From Bispira polyomma (Eukaryota), in assembly GCA_965649765.1 (NCBI GenBank), contig OZ287752.1:54064001-54128000 (forward strand): a stretch of 64,000 bases of DNA, given 5' to 3'. Under the pieces are notes generated by a model. It worked only from the letters and a program-made list of their open reading frames with translations, made no database searches and was not told where the DNA came from. Positions 1-12,675 of the stretch are shown here, piece after piece. The number at the start of each line of letters is the position of its first letter. Position 1 is the stretch's first letter. A program made the translations under genes and the position numbers.

Positions 1-1790
1 AAGCTGGGGAGAGATCGAAAAGAGTGAGGGCTACAGTTTCATCACGATCAAGGGAAAAGGTTAATGTTATCACTGATTGAAAGAAGGGCACTCTCAGTGG
101 AGTTAAATTTCTGTAGGCAGATTGGTGGGAGTCAGCTAGGTTTTGTTTGTTAAGGTAGTCATGGATTTCTTAAGCAAGTGCTTTCTCAATAAGTTTAGAT
201 ACAAAGCTTTGGTTAGAGACTGTCTATAGTTTTTTAGCCCATTTTTGTTAAAGGCCTGGTTTTTTCAGCAAGGAGGTGGTTTTAAAACAAGAGGGAAATA
301 TACAATCTCTAAGCTGAAAATTTATGATGTTGGAAATATGAGCTATGAGAATGCCTAGACATTCTGTGAGAACAGCGGCAGGGATAGGATTCAGTACACA
401 GGATTTGATAGACTTGGATTTTATGAGTTTGAGAACTTTGTACTCGGAAAGTGGGTTAAGATGTAGCAGATTTGAAACATTATAGCCAGGGGGTGGTGGA
501 GAGAACTGTAGGATTGCTGAAAAACCTTCTCCAATTTTAGTTATTTTTTCAATGAAAATTTTTCAAATTTTTCTGCAAGAAATGTGAGGCAATGATTTTT
601 AGGCAGATTTTTTTCAGCTGTGCGGTGGAGTATTTTATTTATGGAGCTCCATAATCTTTTTGGTTAGTTTGAATTCTCATTGATGATCGAATCATAGTGC
701 TCTTTTTTTTCTTGCTCTGGTCATTAGCGCATTGAAGTGGTTTGTGGCAATTCTGTAGCGCTTCCTGTCAAGTGTTGATTTAGGGTGCCACCATAGCCGC
801 TCAAGTTGACGTTTACGCCATTAGCTTCCTTGATGTCTAGGTTGGTCCATTCATGGGGGTCAGAAAGTATGAGGGTTTTAGAAACCCAAGGTGCATATTA
901 CGGATTGAGGACAAAGTATGGTTATATTGTAGACTGAGACTATCCACATTTTTACAAGGGTGTTTAATAAGGCGAGAAGCAAGTATGTCATCCTAAAATT
1001 TGAGAATGTTAATTTTTCTGATGTTGGGGAATTTTATTACTTTAGGTTTGTGTGTCAGTGGTTTAGGCAGCACAAGATGTGCAAAAATGGCAAGATGCAT
1101 CCTGTATCAGCTTGGACTCTGGTCGAGCAATTATAGGGCGAGAATGTGGTTATGGAGATGAGCGAGACAGGAAATGAACTGTTTTAATTTAAAAATATTC
1201 AAGAGGCTGTAGAAATATTAGGTTATGTTATTGATGTCGACTTTGAAAATTCTTGTTTGCAGGCAGATATGGAGGGGCTCGGTGGACTATAGAGGGAGGA
1301 ACCTAGAAATGATTGAGATCCATTTGAAAGTGGTAGAGTGGTACAATCTATAACCTGAAGGTGTGATTTAAGAAATTAATGCAGAAGTATTCTAGGAGCT
1401 AAGCCAGGTTTCAGACACCCAGGTCTTGGGTTTTGATAAGACCGATGACTGAAGGCACCTTATTGCTGATGGATCTGGCATTAAAGGCACCAATTTTTAC
1501 ATTTGATTGGAAAGGGCCAGGGTTTATTTGAACATCACCACAGAGAGTTGTAAGTAAGGGAAGGTTTTTGACACGCGGGTTAGAACGGCGAAAGAGGTGG
1601 ATTTTGAAACAGAGAAAGACAGTATTTATGTTGTTTAATTGTGGTAAAAAAGAACGGCAGATTTTGATTTGGAATGGACATTGTTGGTGAAAATTTGGAC
1701 AAGAGTTCCAGGAAAGGATCCTAGTAATGACTATAATGAAGCATGACAGCAGTATTTTCAACATGATTGAAAACAAGGAGAAAAATATTT
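1..1790 (-). mobile_element. Decayed L2/CR1-group non-LTR retrotransposon (APE endonuclease start plus RT N-terminal half), running off the left edge
   Basis: Minus-strand translation gives LCGDVQINPGP..KIGAFNARSISNK (APE start, 1411-1776). Further on it gives SCVLNPIP, LLKKPGL, KNYR, FVSKLIEK, HQSAYR, STESALL and LFDLSPA (RT motifs, 1-410), with frameshifts and stops. Confidence 0.9.
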
Positions 1791-2096
1791 ACTTAGTATG
1801 CAAGCGATACCAGTAAATACTACCAGGAATTTCACAAAAAGGAAAACAACAAAATTGACAAAAATATTTACTAAGTATAACAGCAATAGACATCATCCTA
1901 TTTTAATACTGCCCCTAAAAGCTGTCACGCTTAGCTCTGATGGAATATATATTATAGACCTCTTTTAAGGCTGTCACTATCAAGTTTGGTTTCAAAGGTT
2001 ATAAATCATACCTCTTTTTTATAATACTACTACACCAAACTTTGGTATCAAAGACAATTATTATACAATTATTGCTTTTAAATTTAATTTTCTTAC

Positions 2097-2234
2097 CATC
2101 CTTTATGATGCTGAAGGTCACTTTTGGAGTCTTGTGGAAGGGAGGGCTGAAAGTTACACCTTTAACTCCCATTCTGGTTGAACTTGAAGGTGTATTGCAA
2201 TCAGGACAGACATCGTGTACCTCTCCATGTAAAC
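2097..2234 (-). CDS. Coding exon 5 of a secreted protein; start of an H-type-lectin-like domain (..VTFSPPFHKTPKVTFSIIKD)
   Basis: Acceptor ttcggtgatAG (2236-2235), donor G|GTAAGA (2096), phase 1 at both ends, open frame. Resembles the H-lectin N-terminal pattern V-x-F-xx-PF-xx-P-x-V. Confidence 0.7.
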
Positions 2235-2699
2235 CTATCACCGAAAACATTGCCATATGTTTTACATATTAATTGGCCTTAAAAGATATCACTCACCACT
2301 GATCACTGCAAACTTCATTTTACTTGCACAAAATTGATCACTTAGGTATTATGCAGTGAAATTTAAGCTAATATGCAAGGCAACATTACCGATCAATGTG
2401 ACCTAACATGTTGAAAAGTTGTATAGGATCAGACAAACACTGTCCACATAAAATAGGCTAGCCATTTTATTTGGCCGCCATCCTACTATTCAGGTTTTAT
2501 ATGAGAACAGACACCAAGAAACCTACCAATTAACTGGTCTATCATACCATTGTGGAACACCTGAAATTTTGTTCTGATTTATCAATTGTTTTAGTCCACT
2601 GTACAAATAAGTTATATGTAGATATACATGACAACACACAGAAACAGTGCGAAAAAATTCATGATTAAGTATTATCAACTGAAATATAATTGTTTAATA

Positions 2700-3180
2700 T
2701 ATCTCACTACATACACAGACTGTATTACTCTTGTGTCACTATATACTCATACTGTATCACAGTATCATTACATACTCACACATCACTATTAACTTGTTAC
2801 ATACTCACGCTGTCGCATTTCTGTCGCACTACATGCTCACACTGCATAACCTTTGTCTTACTGCATACTCACACTGCATAACCTTTGTCCCACTACATAC
2901 TCACACTGTCCCAGTTTTGTCTCACTACACACTCACACTGTCCCAATTTTGTCTCACTCCCTTGTGTCACTGCATACTCACACATCACCCTTGACTCACT
3001 ACATACTATCTTGTTTTCGCTAGTCACACTGCATACTTACGATGTCACAATTTTGTCTCACTACATACTCACACTGTCCCAATTATGTCTCACTACATAC
3101 TCACACTGTTTCATCCTTGTATCACTAGATATCCAGACTGTCTCACCATTATCTTACTACATACTCACACTGCCTCACTG
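2700..3180. repeat. Degenerate minisatellite, ~32 bp unit (cactacatactcacactgtcccaattttgtct)
   Basis: More than a dozen imperfect tandem copies are visible. It explains the His/Thr/Leu-rich spurious ORFs here. Confidence 0.9.
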
Positions 3181-3464
3181 TAGCTGTGTTGTACAGGTTT
3201 TCCAGTGAACCCACTCTGCTGGTTGTTTCGGTAACAGTTTCCTCCAGTTCTAAAAAATACATTAATACTAATACCTGTGCATTTTTGTCTAAAAAAGATA
3301 AAATGGAGTTTTCATTTCAATTGAAATAACTAGTTGTTTAGACTTACACATAGAATATCATTACTGAAACAGTATGAACAACTTAATAAATTGCATACAC
3401 TTTTATTGTCTGGGGGTAGTCAACATAATTCTACTGTTACCTACGTAAAGATGAAGTATGTGAC

Positions 3465-6400
3465 TAAATATTTGGTCCACTTTAGGGGACTGCTCCCGCA
3501 GTCAACCAAAATGTTACCTACAACCTTAAATTCAGTTTTACATGTAGAATACACACCTGCATAGTTTCTGTCTATCCTCTCTATTGTCCAATCACAGAGC
3601 AGATACCTGCTAAAATAGCTTCCCTTTTACATTCTCCATTTTCATTATTTTTTTAAAGGGCAAGCTAAAAGGATGGCAAGCTATGGATCAGATCCCTGCT
3701 TACTCGACTACAGTCTGAGGTCCAGGAAAAGTGCCTTTTGCCAAACAGCACTCAATGGGCATTAAACCTAGCTAGCGACGATAAACAATTTAGGCAACTC
3801 TTCCAGTAATTCTTCCAACAATTCTCCCATAAACACTGGCGACAAGAAGACGATTTGTAAGCTATTCAACAAGGGCTAGTGTTCCTACAAGGGAGATCAT
3901 GCTAAACACAAGCATGCTTGGTGGCACTGTTCCCAAGTATTAGGAAAAGAGGTCGCTCACCCAGAATATAAGTGGTACAAGGCAAACTCTAGCAAGCACC
4001 AGGAGACCAACAGGAATTCCAGTTAGGGCTTTTTTTAACGGCCAAAGAAGTGTATTCGGAACATTGATGTAGGCAAGATAATAAGTAAAGATAATGACAT
4101 TCTGAGTATTACGAAAAACTTCAATTGTAACAATTTTTAATAGTAGTTGCAGATCTGACAATTGTAAAATTAATGACAATGTTGAAACTAAGAATTATTG
4201 TGATATTTATACACATTATGTAACCCATAATGCCATACATGATTGCATTGTGGAAATATTTTCAGAACCCAAAAGTAGGAAATAGCCTGTACCATTGAAT
4301 TCCAGGGTGAAGGCGGCAACGCACCACAGTGTAACGGGGATAAGGTATACAACAATCTCACCGAAGGTGATGTTAATGTAGGTACAGGAAGGGTCCAGCA
4401 AGAACACAATGGCAATTTGGGTCCCGCTTTTATGTCTGTAATACACGGTAAGTGTACCTTCGCCAGCAGTCAAGATCTTTATAACAAACAGGATTGTATG
4501 AAAACTACTTTCGGGGTAACATTAGCTGTGACTACCTTGACACTATTCTCAGTAGAAAAAATAACACTGAGGCTCCTGTAGTTCTAATCAGTAATCATGA
4601 GGCACTCCGCTTCGTTTGTACTATGACTTGAACACTGGTATTGACAAATTTGTGACTACTGCCTGTATACAACATAGTCAAGCTGACCACAAACTCTATC
4701 ATTACAGGAGATGAATGAGGCTAATAGAGCACCACTTCTACTGATATTCATATACATAATAAAGTGTTATGTTCTGAAGATAACATGGACGGTAATATAT
4801 CTTTGCCTGGCCAAAAGTTCGTTCGTTCGTCATTACCCGATCTCTCCTCCAAAACATTTCAAATTGCAATCAACAGTCAGACTGTTATTAGGGAAGTAGG
4901 TTTCTTTGGATTAACTGCCACTACATAAAAATTTAATGGTCTTAATAGACCCCCTAGGAAACCAGATTCGGTTGATAGGCTATTAGAGGTTGCTAACACA
5001 ATTATTGACACAGGTCTTCCCAATTACAGGAAAGGCATAATTTCAGTTTTAACCATGAGGCATGGGAAGACATCTTTAGGGATTACCCAGATCAATTACT
5101 TATACAATATATAAAGTTTGGCTTCCCTCTTTGCTTAACAACACACATGAACTTAGCAACATAAAGATTCCAAATTCATATTATTTTGTGCTACAGTCTA
5201 CACATGATGTAGGAAAATATCTAGATAAGAAAAAAAGTTTCGGAACCATGTTAGATCCGACTACTGCAATGGATTCAATCTATCTTTGCTCCCCCCTATC
5301 AACAATCTTAAGGACATTGATATATGTTGAGTGACACCCTTATGGTAATGCTGTTAATGACTATGTCAGTGAGGGCATTTATGATGGTATACCTTTCACT
5401 CATAAGTTCCAAGCATTGATGATATCACTCTAGCTATATCACTCTAGACAGACAGACGACCTCTGTTATTCAAAGTCGATGTCTTCAGGGCTTTTAGGAA
5501 GAAAGAATTGATCCCAAAGATGCTGTAAAACTAGGTATTTTCTGGAATGATAAATATTATGTTGATCCGGCTATAGCTTTTCGGTTGGTTCATGGCAGCG
5601 CGGCGTTTTAGCATTGTTCTGGTGCTATTGCGTCATACATGCGTCAACATAACTTGCCCCTGAGATCAGAGCATTTAAGGGTTTTAGCATTTTTGACTAA
5701 CTTGACCTAATTAGGTCTTCATATGAATTCGGACAAACTTACCTCTCTATAAAAAATACTTGTCTGGGCATTGACATTGGGAAAGGTACTGTCAGCATTA
5801 TGTCAGACAAATTGAACAGGTATTGAAGACCTGCGTTGATGTATACAATAGAAAATACATAGCACGATCACTGTTCCAATCAATTCTGGGTAGGCTTTTA
5901 TAAGTGCATAAATGTGTCAAATATGCCTGTACATTTATTAATAGATTGCTTAATACATTTAGAGACAATCCTAACACAAAGAAATTCAATGTCACACTGG
6001 GTATTTACCAAAATTTCATGGCATAGAGTGCATTGACCCCCATATTATCCCTAAGGTCACATAGTTACACTTAGACGCTTGTCTAACAGGCTTTGAGTGC
6101 TTGTGAAATAAACAAATTAATGCCACTCAGTTTTATAATACATACAATAGGAAATTAAGTATAGTGCATCTAGAGATGTTCAACATTGTCTTGGCCCTAC
6201 GTTTTTGTGCCACAGATTGGGAGCACCAAAAATAGTAGTTGTGATGACATGGCCGTGGTGTTGTTGACACACACAAAACCAAGAATGACTTTTTAACACT
6301 TTGTCTAAGGAACATTTGGCAGCCACTTTTGATATCCGTATTTCCATTCAACACTTTCCCGGTAAGGATAATATTATTGCAGATGAGCTTTCTAGATTAT

Positions 6401-7623
6401 ATTCACCCACCCAGGGGGCAAAAAGTTAGTGAACTTATTTTTGGTCACACATGAAAAACAGTTCTACTTGAGTATTTCAGCCTGGGTTTATCTGTGTAAT
6501 TGCAGGTTTCACTCATAACTTTTGCGTGGTCTAGGACAGACACCACAGTTGATCACATACAGTGATTACATTTCTTGAGTATTTAGTACAAAGTAACATC
6601 TCTCCAGCAGCCATTGCCAATTACATGGCACCTTTGAGATTCATGGCAAATAAGTTCAATTGGGATATGCCACCCTTTATTCATAATTTAGCCTCTTTTT
6701 TAAGCAGCATAACTCACAATCTTACATTCAGACACAAAATCTTAAAGGTTTATTTGACATACAAAATATTTCAAAAGCTTGCCAAATTGTGGATGACCCT
6801 GTGTTTTTCAGGGCTATCTTTCCTCTAGCATTATTTGACTTTCTCAGGCTTTCTAACTGAGTCCTCATTCCAGGGTCTTGTTTGATTCTACTATGCATTG
6901 CCTTGGATAAGACTTATTTTTGTACACCAAGAAGCCCGTCTTATTATGAAATGGGCCAATAATTTACAAGGACAGATAGGACAGATACCATATCATACAA
7001 ATTCCTATGTTACAGAACACTTAACTGTGTCCTGTTCCAGGTTTGAAAACGTTGCTTGCTTCAAGACTATTATCACAGGCTGCACCATTATTTGCAGCCT
7101 CTTCCCCTCCATTTGACTCCATTGTGGAAACTCACGTTTAAAAAATACTGTTTTATATAGGGATACCATATCAAGGTCTTGGTTTTCATGCGTTCAGAAG
7201 ATCTGGTGCAACCTTTGCATTCAACAACAATGTTTCTCTACAAAATATCATGTCATACGGTCTGTAGAGATCTTTTGCTGTATGGTCATACTACAGCAGA
7301 CTTCAAACTGCTTTAGTAGTCCCACTTACCATTGCTTAGGCAATATATTATTCCCATTAGTTTTGCTTGGGGTGTACAAGTTTTGACCATGTTTACAATT
7401 TCANNNNNNNNNNNNNNNNNNNNNNNNNNNNNNNNNNNNNNNNNNNNNNNNNNNNNNNNNNNNNNNNNNNNNNNNNNNNNNNNNNNNNNNNNNNNNNNNN
7501 NNNNNNNNNNNNNNNNNNNNNNNNNNNNNNNNNNNNNNNNNNNNNNNNNNGAAATCGCAAAACCATCTTTTACTGTCTTACATCTTCAACATTTAACTTG
7601 ATCCTTATCAAGGCCACTACTAG
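3465..7623 (+). mobile_element. Decayed Ngaro-type YR retrotransposon (gag remnant, RT, RNase H, tyrosine recombinase), intronic and antisense to the lectin-like gene
   Basis: Gag: NSTQWALN and ICKLFNKG-CS..DH..KH zinc-finger remnant (3745-3970). RT: TGLPNY, KFGFPL, KVDVFRAFR, DPAIAF/GWVHGSAAF. RNase H: LHLDACLTG, VHLEMFNI. YR: GFHAFRRSGATFAFNNN (7180-7260). The 5' end (ccactttaggggactgct, CCAAT) resembles that of the 21-26 kb element. Confidence 0.9.
7404..7550. other. Assembly gap (N run) immediately 3' of the YR ORF
   Basis: Run of N. Confidence 1.
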
Positions 7624-7683
7624 ATATCTCAACTTGACCTTATACCATATAAGGTGGACTGTGTGAATTTAGTAAAACCTCAC

Positions 7684-7782
7684 CTGTAAAACTAGTATCT
7701 ATATGCATTAACTCTGTCATCACTATGTCATTCATGGCCACCAGGGCAGCCACAGTTTCATCAAACTCTTCTTGTGTCACAT
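7684..7782 (-). CDS. Coding exon 4 of the secreted lectin-like protein (VTQEEFDETVAALVAMNDIVMTELMHIDTSFT)
   Basis: Acceptor ctaacctAG (7784-7783), donor ACAG|GTGAGG (7683). 99 nt, phase 1 to phase 1, open, amphipathic-helix-like. Confidence 0.75.
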
Positions 7783-8169
7783 CTAGGTTAGATATAAACA
7801 TTATTTACACGTATCAGGTTCTTGACATTTTATTTCTTTGCCACGTGTGGTGTTCTTTGTGTAAATATTTATACTGAAAATGCACAGCACAGCATTTATC
7901 ACAGGAAGGTATTCATTTAATGTTTTTGTGACTAAAAGATTATGGAAAGCCTATCTGTATAATATAAAGAAATATTATTAGATGTAGACCATATTTTAAA
8001 GTTTTATTTTATGCCTGATATATATTTATATCTTTTAATTTAAGGAAGAATGATATGGCACCTCCTATTGTTTCCAAATCAATCAATCCACGACAATTTG
8101 TGTTTGGTGCTTTTCATCTCTAGCGAAGGTCGGAAGAAGGATGTAATGGTGTATAAGGTGGGAAACTAT

Positions 8170-8400
8170 GGGGGTAGACAAGTTTAAAAATATGGATTTT
8201 AAGCTTTTACTAAACCCAGATAGTGTTTCAAGTGATCTTAGCTCAACTGGGACACCATTCCATAACATAGGGGCAACAGTAGAGAAAGCTCTTGATTCAG
8301 CCTTCCTGGTGGGTCTGAGGAAACAGAAAGTCTATTTCTTATGTTTAGGTTGCTGAAGAAAAAGGCAAGCAGCAAGGTTAAGAAGGCTGTTGAGAAATAA
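8170..8400 (-). mobile_element. 3' fragment of an L2-type LINE
   Basis: Encodes RAFSTVAPMLWNGVPVELRSLETLSGFSKSLKSIF, a typical L2 ORF2 C-terminus. Homologous to 37490-37762 and 61535-61875. Confidence 0.8.
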
Positions 8401-8475
8401 TGGCTTTGAAAGTTGTGACTTGCACTTTAATGTGGGACTACTTACATTACAGTTTGTAATTAAAATGTTACTTAC

Positions 8476-8507
8476 ATTCAGTTTCCCTTGCAGCCAATAA
8501 GGAATCC
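8476..8507 (-). CDS. Coding micro-exon 3 of the secreted lectin-like protein (DSLLAARETE)
   Basis: Acceptor ttttattttaAG, donor |GTAAGT. 32 nt, phase 2 to phase 1, matching both neighbouring exons. Confidence 0.6.
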
Positions 8508-9491
8508 CTTAAAATAAAAAAACATATATATAAAAATCAACTGTAAGTGACTCTCCCATAACTGAAGTCAGAAGCATGCAGATGACCACTAACTAACCCA
8601 ATAGGGGTCTGATAGTTCAGTTTCAAACCTCATTAGTTATCACCTACTTTAAACACTTCAGGTATTCTCTCTATCCTTCTGGCTATCATTCTCACCCAAT
8701 CATATTGTGTCACAGTTTTACTTAATTGCTACCCAAGCATTATTCCACCATTAAGACATATAACGGTAAACATTTAGTGTTTTTAATACTCCCACCTTCC
8801 TCCCTTTATGTACCTCCAGCTTCAAAAACAATATATGCTTAAATTTTGGCGTAGTGGGTTACTTTTACAAAGGCTAGTCCATTTTGCACTCATTGTACAT
8901 GCGAGTCATGGATATGGATATATATTAAGTAAGATTTTTTCAAGTTTGAATTTGAAACTACTTTTACTACTATATGTAAAAAAACTATCCATGTCAAGGT
9001 CATGTTACTCTACCCAAAGGAAATGAATGATTTTACTTGAATATTTAAAAGCCTCCATGTGCAAGTAAAGGATATATAAGTCATGATATATATGTGTATA
9101 TATATTAAATTCCAGAATTTCTAAAGACCAATTTAAAGTAGACATTCATATCAAATCTGTAGTAAATAATTGACAAGTGTAAAAATAGTAGCTTTTTTCA
9201 AAAAGGCTTGTGGTTTTGCATTTATTTATTGGATGAGTATTTGCTTTCCTGTGTAAGATATCATATTCTGGTTTTTCTATATTTTAAATGACAAACATTA
9301 ATACCATCTTTAGGGGAATTATTTATGTTCATTAACGTTGGTGCATTGTGCCAAACCTTTGTAATTTCACTGAGAGTTTGTTTAACCTGGTGCATAACAT
9401 TTGGATGTGATTGGTTGTTTAACAACTATGTTTGTGTCAAAACCTGATATTCCTGGTCTCGAAAATAGAACCCGAGATTTGTGCATCTGTT

Positions 9492-9627
9492 AGGTCCTCA
9501 GTAGCCGAGTGGTTAGCAGGTTTTGCATGTAATCACAGGCTGTCACCTCAGCGTGGGTGGCAAATACTGAGGGCCTGTCCGAATACGACCCTGGCTGTTG
9601 AACGGACGTAAAACCTGACTTTTTGAC
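9492..9627 (+). mobile_element. Short tRNA-derived SINE with target-site duplication
   Basis: A-box-like TAGCCGAGTGG head and GACTTT-type tail. Flanked by the 11-bp direct repeat tttgtgcatct (9478-9488 and 9628-9638). Confidence 0.8.
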
Positions 9628-10377
9628 TTTGTGCATCTTTGCCCACTCAGCACAGTGACCTTTACAGTAATAATCTATATGAAGTTGGTCCTTTACATGT
9701 TAAAACAATTCTCAATTCAAAATGGTTTTATTCAACTGTCTAAAAATAGAAATTTGGAACAATTTTGTCTTTACCAAACTTCAACAATAAATGTATATTT
9801 ATTACTATTTGTAAATTTATTTTACTATTTTTTACAAAGACAAGCACCTTGGCAAATGGCCCATTAATAACAAGACCAAAACACCACACATACTGAAAGT
9901 ATATTTTTAGACTTTCACACTCGACGGATTGCTGTTGTTTGATACTGGCCTTGTAGTCATTTTAGAAATAAGGTATTTCACAATAAGATAAAAAACAATT
10001 TAAGTAAGAATTAGATTTTAAAATTGTCTAATATTCTAATATTATCAATGCTGTTGACATTAATATTTAACACATTGTGTTCTAATGTAAATTTTATGGT
10101 GATTGTAAAATGTAGATACGGAAAATAATAATAATAATAAAAAAGTAATTCAAGGATGGACTTTGGTGGAAATAATAGACACGCTGCAATTATATACCCA
10201 CAATACCCACAATTTTGATCATTAAAAACATACAAGTTTTAAATATATTTATTACACAATATGTTGGGATACTTTCGCACAAACCGAAAACCATAGAAAT
10301 ATTCTTTGTGTTCCTATGAATTCCTTATCCATAATCTTGTATCGCCCCAACAAATATCTAAAATAAGTAGTTCCTAC

Positions 10378-10427
10378 CTCAGGGAAATACTCTTCTTTTT
10401 CTCTGTTTCTTCGGGATATCTCACACC
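10378..10427 (-). CDS. Coding exon 2 of the secreted lectin-like protein (GVRYPEETEKKKSISL)
   Basis: Acceptor gttatgtatAG, donor AG|GTAGGA. 50 nt, phase 0 to phase 2, bridging exon 1 and exon 3 in frame. Confidence 0.55.
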
Positions 10428-12582
10428 CTATACATAACATTCAATGCAATGTATATTACATGGAAACTTTTTTTGTATATTCAATTCAAATTTGGTAAAA
10501 ATATGAATACAATTGTACTGCCAAAGAATTTAATGAATTGAATAGATAAAAAGTCATTTTTATAAAATAGGCATATTACAATACAATAAAAAGTTTTTAA
10601 GGTTCTAAAATTGATCAAAGATATTTGTTGACACAATTTATACCATGTGTAACTACAGTAGATTTTTACAAGTTTTATCAAAGAGAACTCCCTTTATTGC
10701 ACATTACAGTTTTCAGTCTTCCTTGGCAAGCTGTTTCAAAGCTAAGGAGCACTGTCGCCTCTTGTTTTATGGATAGATTTAGAATGACAAGCCGTAGTAT
10801 ACAATTACTCACCCAACCCCAAGACGATTAATGAATTAATAATTGCAAATACAATTTGGTCAACACTAAACCACAATTTTTATTAAAACATCAATCATAC
10901 TGAACTACACTGAATATTTACACTTTCAAGTAATTGCATGAGCTAGTAGAAAACGAAATATATGCTGATTGTGATGAACAGTTTGGCTTACCAAGACACA
11001 ACAATAATTGTTTCCAGTTACAGATATGATCTCATTTGATGGAAGGAGTGGATTGGGGGTAACTAAAATGTAAACTTTTTGAGTCTGCAGTTTACTTCAA
11101 AATGGACGAAGTTCCCACAAAAACAGTGCGCTAGGTAGCCCCACCCTGGTCTGGTGGGGTCAGTGCTTGGCTATAAATCCGCTTACTAAAACTATTCTGG
11201 TCGGTATGACTCTAGTTCTGATTGACCGGCAATTGGAACCCATTACAAAATATTTCCCGCCTGAATTTATTATAACCTCACTTTATCAATAGAAATTGAT
11301 TCTCTAGTCAAATTTTATTCTTGTTGTGTTATTGTGAACTTGCTATGACATTCACGAATTCTGCTCTATTGTTGGAGCTACATACGAGGTCAGTATGTTG
11401 GAGCTACATACGAGGTCCGTATCTTATTAATTTAACTTATTAATAGAAGATATTGACTTTAAGTCAATCGAAAATTTACGACCTCATTAGAATCCGCATA
11501 TACCAAAACATGGTGTGTGATTTCTAGTTTTTTATGTTTATTTTGCAGCCAATTAAATTAGTTTTGTTTATCATATGACGAAGACACCCTTAAATGTTTT
11601 TGGAAGCACAATATATCACAAAGCAGTTGGTATAGTAAAGTGAATCTAATGACTTAATTATTATCACAGTATTTTTATTACAATGGGTTTTAAACTCTCC
11701 GTGTGTTGTACTTTATAAATGTAACATGTAATTTTAGTAAATTATTAATAATACATTTGATAACAGGGACCTTCCAATCTTCAGAAAAACTTCAAGGCCG
11801 TAGAAGACCAAACTATTAAGCTAATATGTGAAACAATGGATTTTATTGCTTTCTATTCCCAAAACTTGTGCTTTTTTACCAAAATTTTAACTGAGTGTGT
11901 TAAAACAATCACATTACAATACCAGTGGACTAGATATATTAACATTATTTGAAATGTATTAATGTTGTTAGAACTGATATAAAATAACATACTTGCGCTT
12001 TTAAAACTGAACACCAAAAGTAAAATACAAGAGTAAGCTATATGACTAAGTTATATACCACAGCACTTTGTGTTATCAATTAATTTTACACTGACGTGAC
12101 AATTTGGACCAGTTGCATAACTACATAAAAGACTAAAACATTTGTTAGATACTACTTTTTGAAGTGTGTACTACACTTTAAAGTAATTGCATTGTCTAGT
12201 AGAGTACAAAATACATGCTGATGGCGATCAACATTTTGGTTTACAATGACACATCATATATTTTCCTACCTACTATATTTTGTAGTAAAGGTTCCCCTTC
12301 ATTGTTCTATAAAAAACAAAAGCACTTGGCAGAGCGCAAACTTCATCCCCCAAAATGGTCTGCGCTTTAGTAACAGACCTAGACCACTGTTAACTGATAC
12401 AAAATTAGACAAAAAAAAAACACTAAACCTAAGTACTGTTATTTTTGAATATATAAGGTACATTCACATTAAGGTTTGTGTATCATCCCAAAAAATCAAA
12501 GAAGGAAACAACATCAGCAAAACATATCCCTTTAGGGAAGGTGATAAATATGAAAGAGATTCAATTAATGATATGAAAATAC

Positions 12583-12675
12583 CTGTTGTTTCAGTGCAGA
12601 AGATGTGATCTCTTTACCACAGACAGCACCCAGAACAATTGTAAACAACCAGATGCAGAGTGACCAGTTCTTCAT
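12583..12675 (-). CDS. First coding exon of the secreted lectin-like protein: signal peptide MKNWSLCIWLFTIVLGAVCG-KEITSSALKQQ
   Basis: ATG at 12675, hydrophobic core and small-residue cleavage site (AVCG/K), donor CAG|GTATTT (phase 0). An upstream acceptor ttaattatAG at 12706-12705 gives a short 5'UTR. Confidence 0.75.

Noticed and set aside
2690-3208. Overlapping His/Thr/Leu-rich ORFs; CRISPR-like periodicity
   Set aside because: Degenerate minisatellite with no unique spacers, no cas genes and a eukaryotic context.
8797-8820. Possible 24-nt micro-exon (LEVHKGRK) of the lectin-like gene
   Set aside because: It is phase 0/0, which does not fit between the phase-2 end of exon 2 and the phase-2 start of exon 3; the donor is also weak.
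9492-9627. Possible tRNA gene or hammerhead ribozyme (CTGAGGG..GTAAAAC)
   Set aside because: No cloverleaf or B box, and the hammerhead core CUGAnGA/GAAA is not satisfied. The TSD and tail indicate a SINE.
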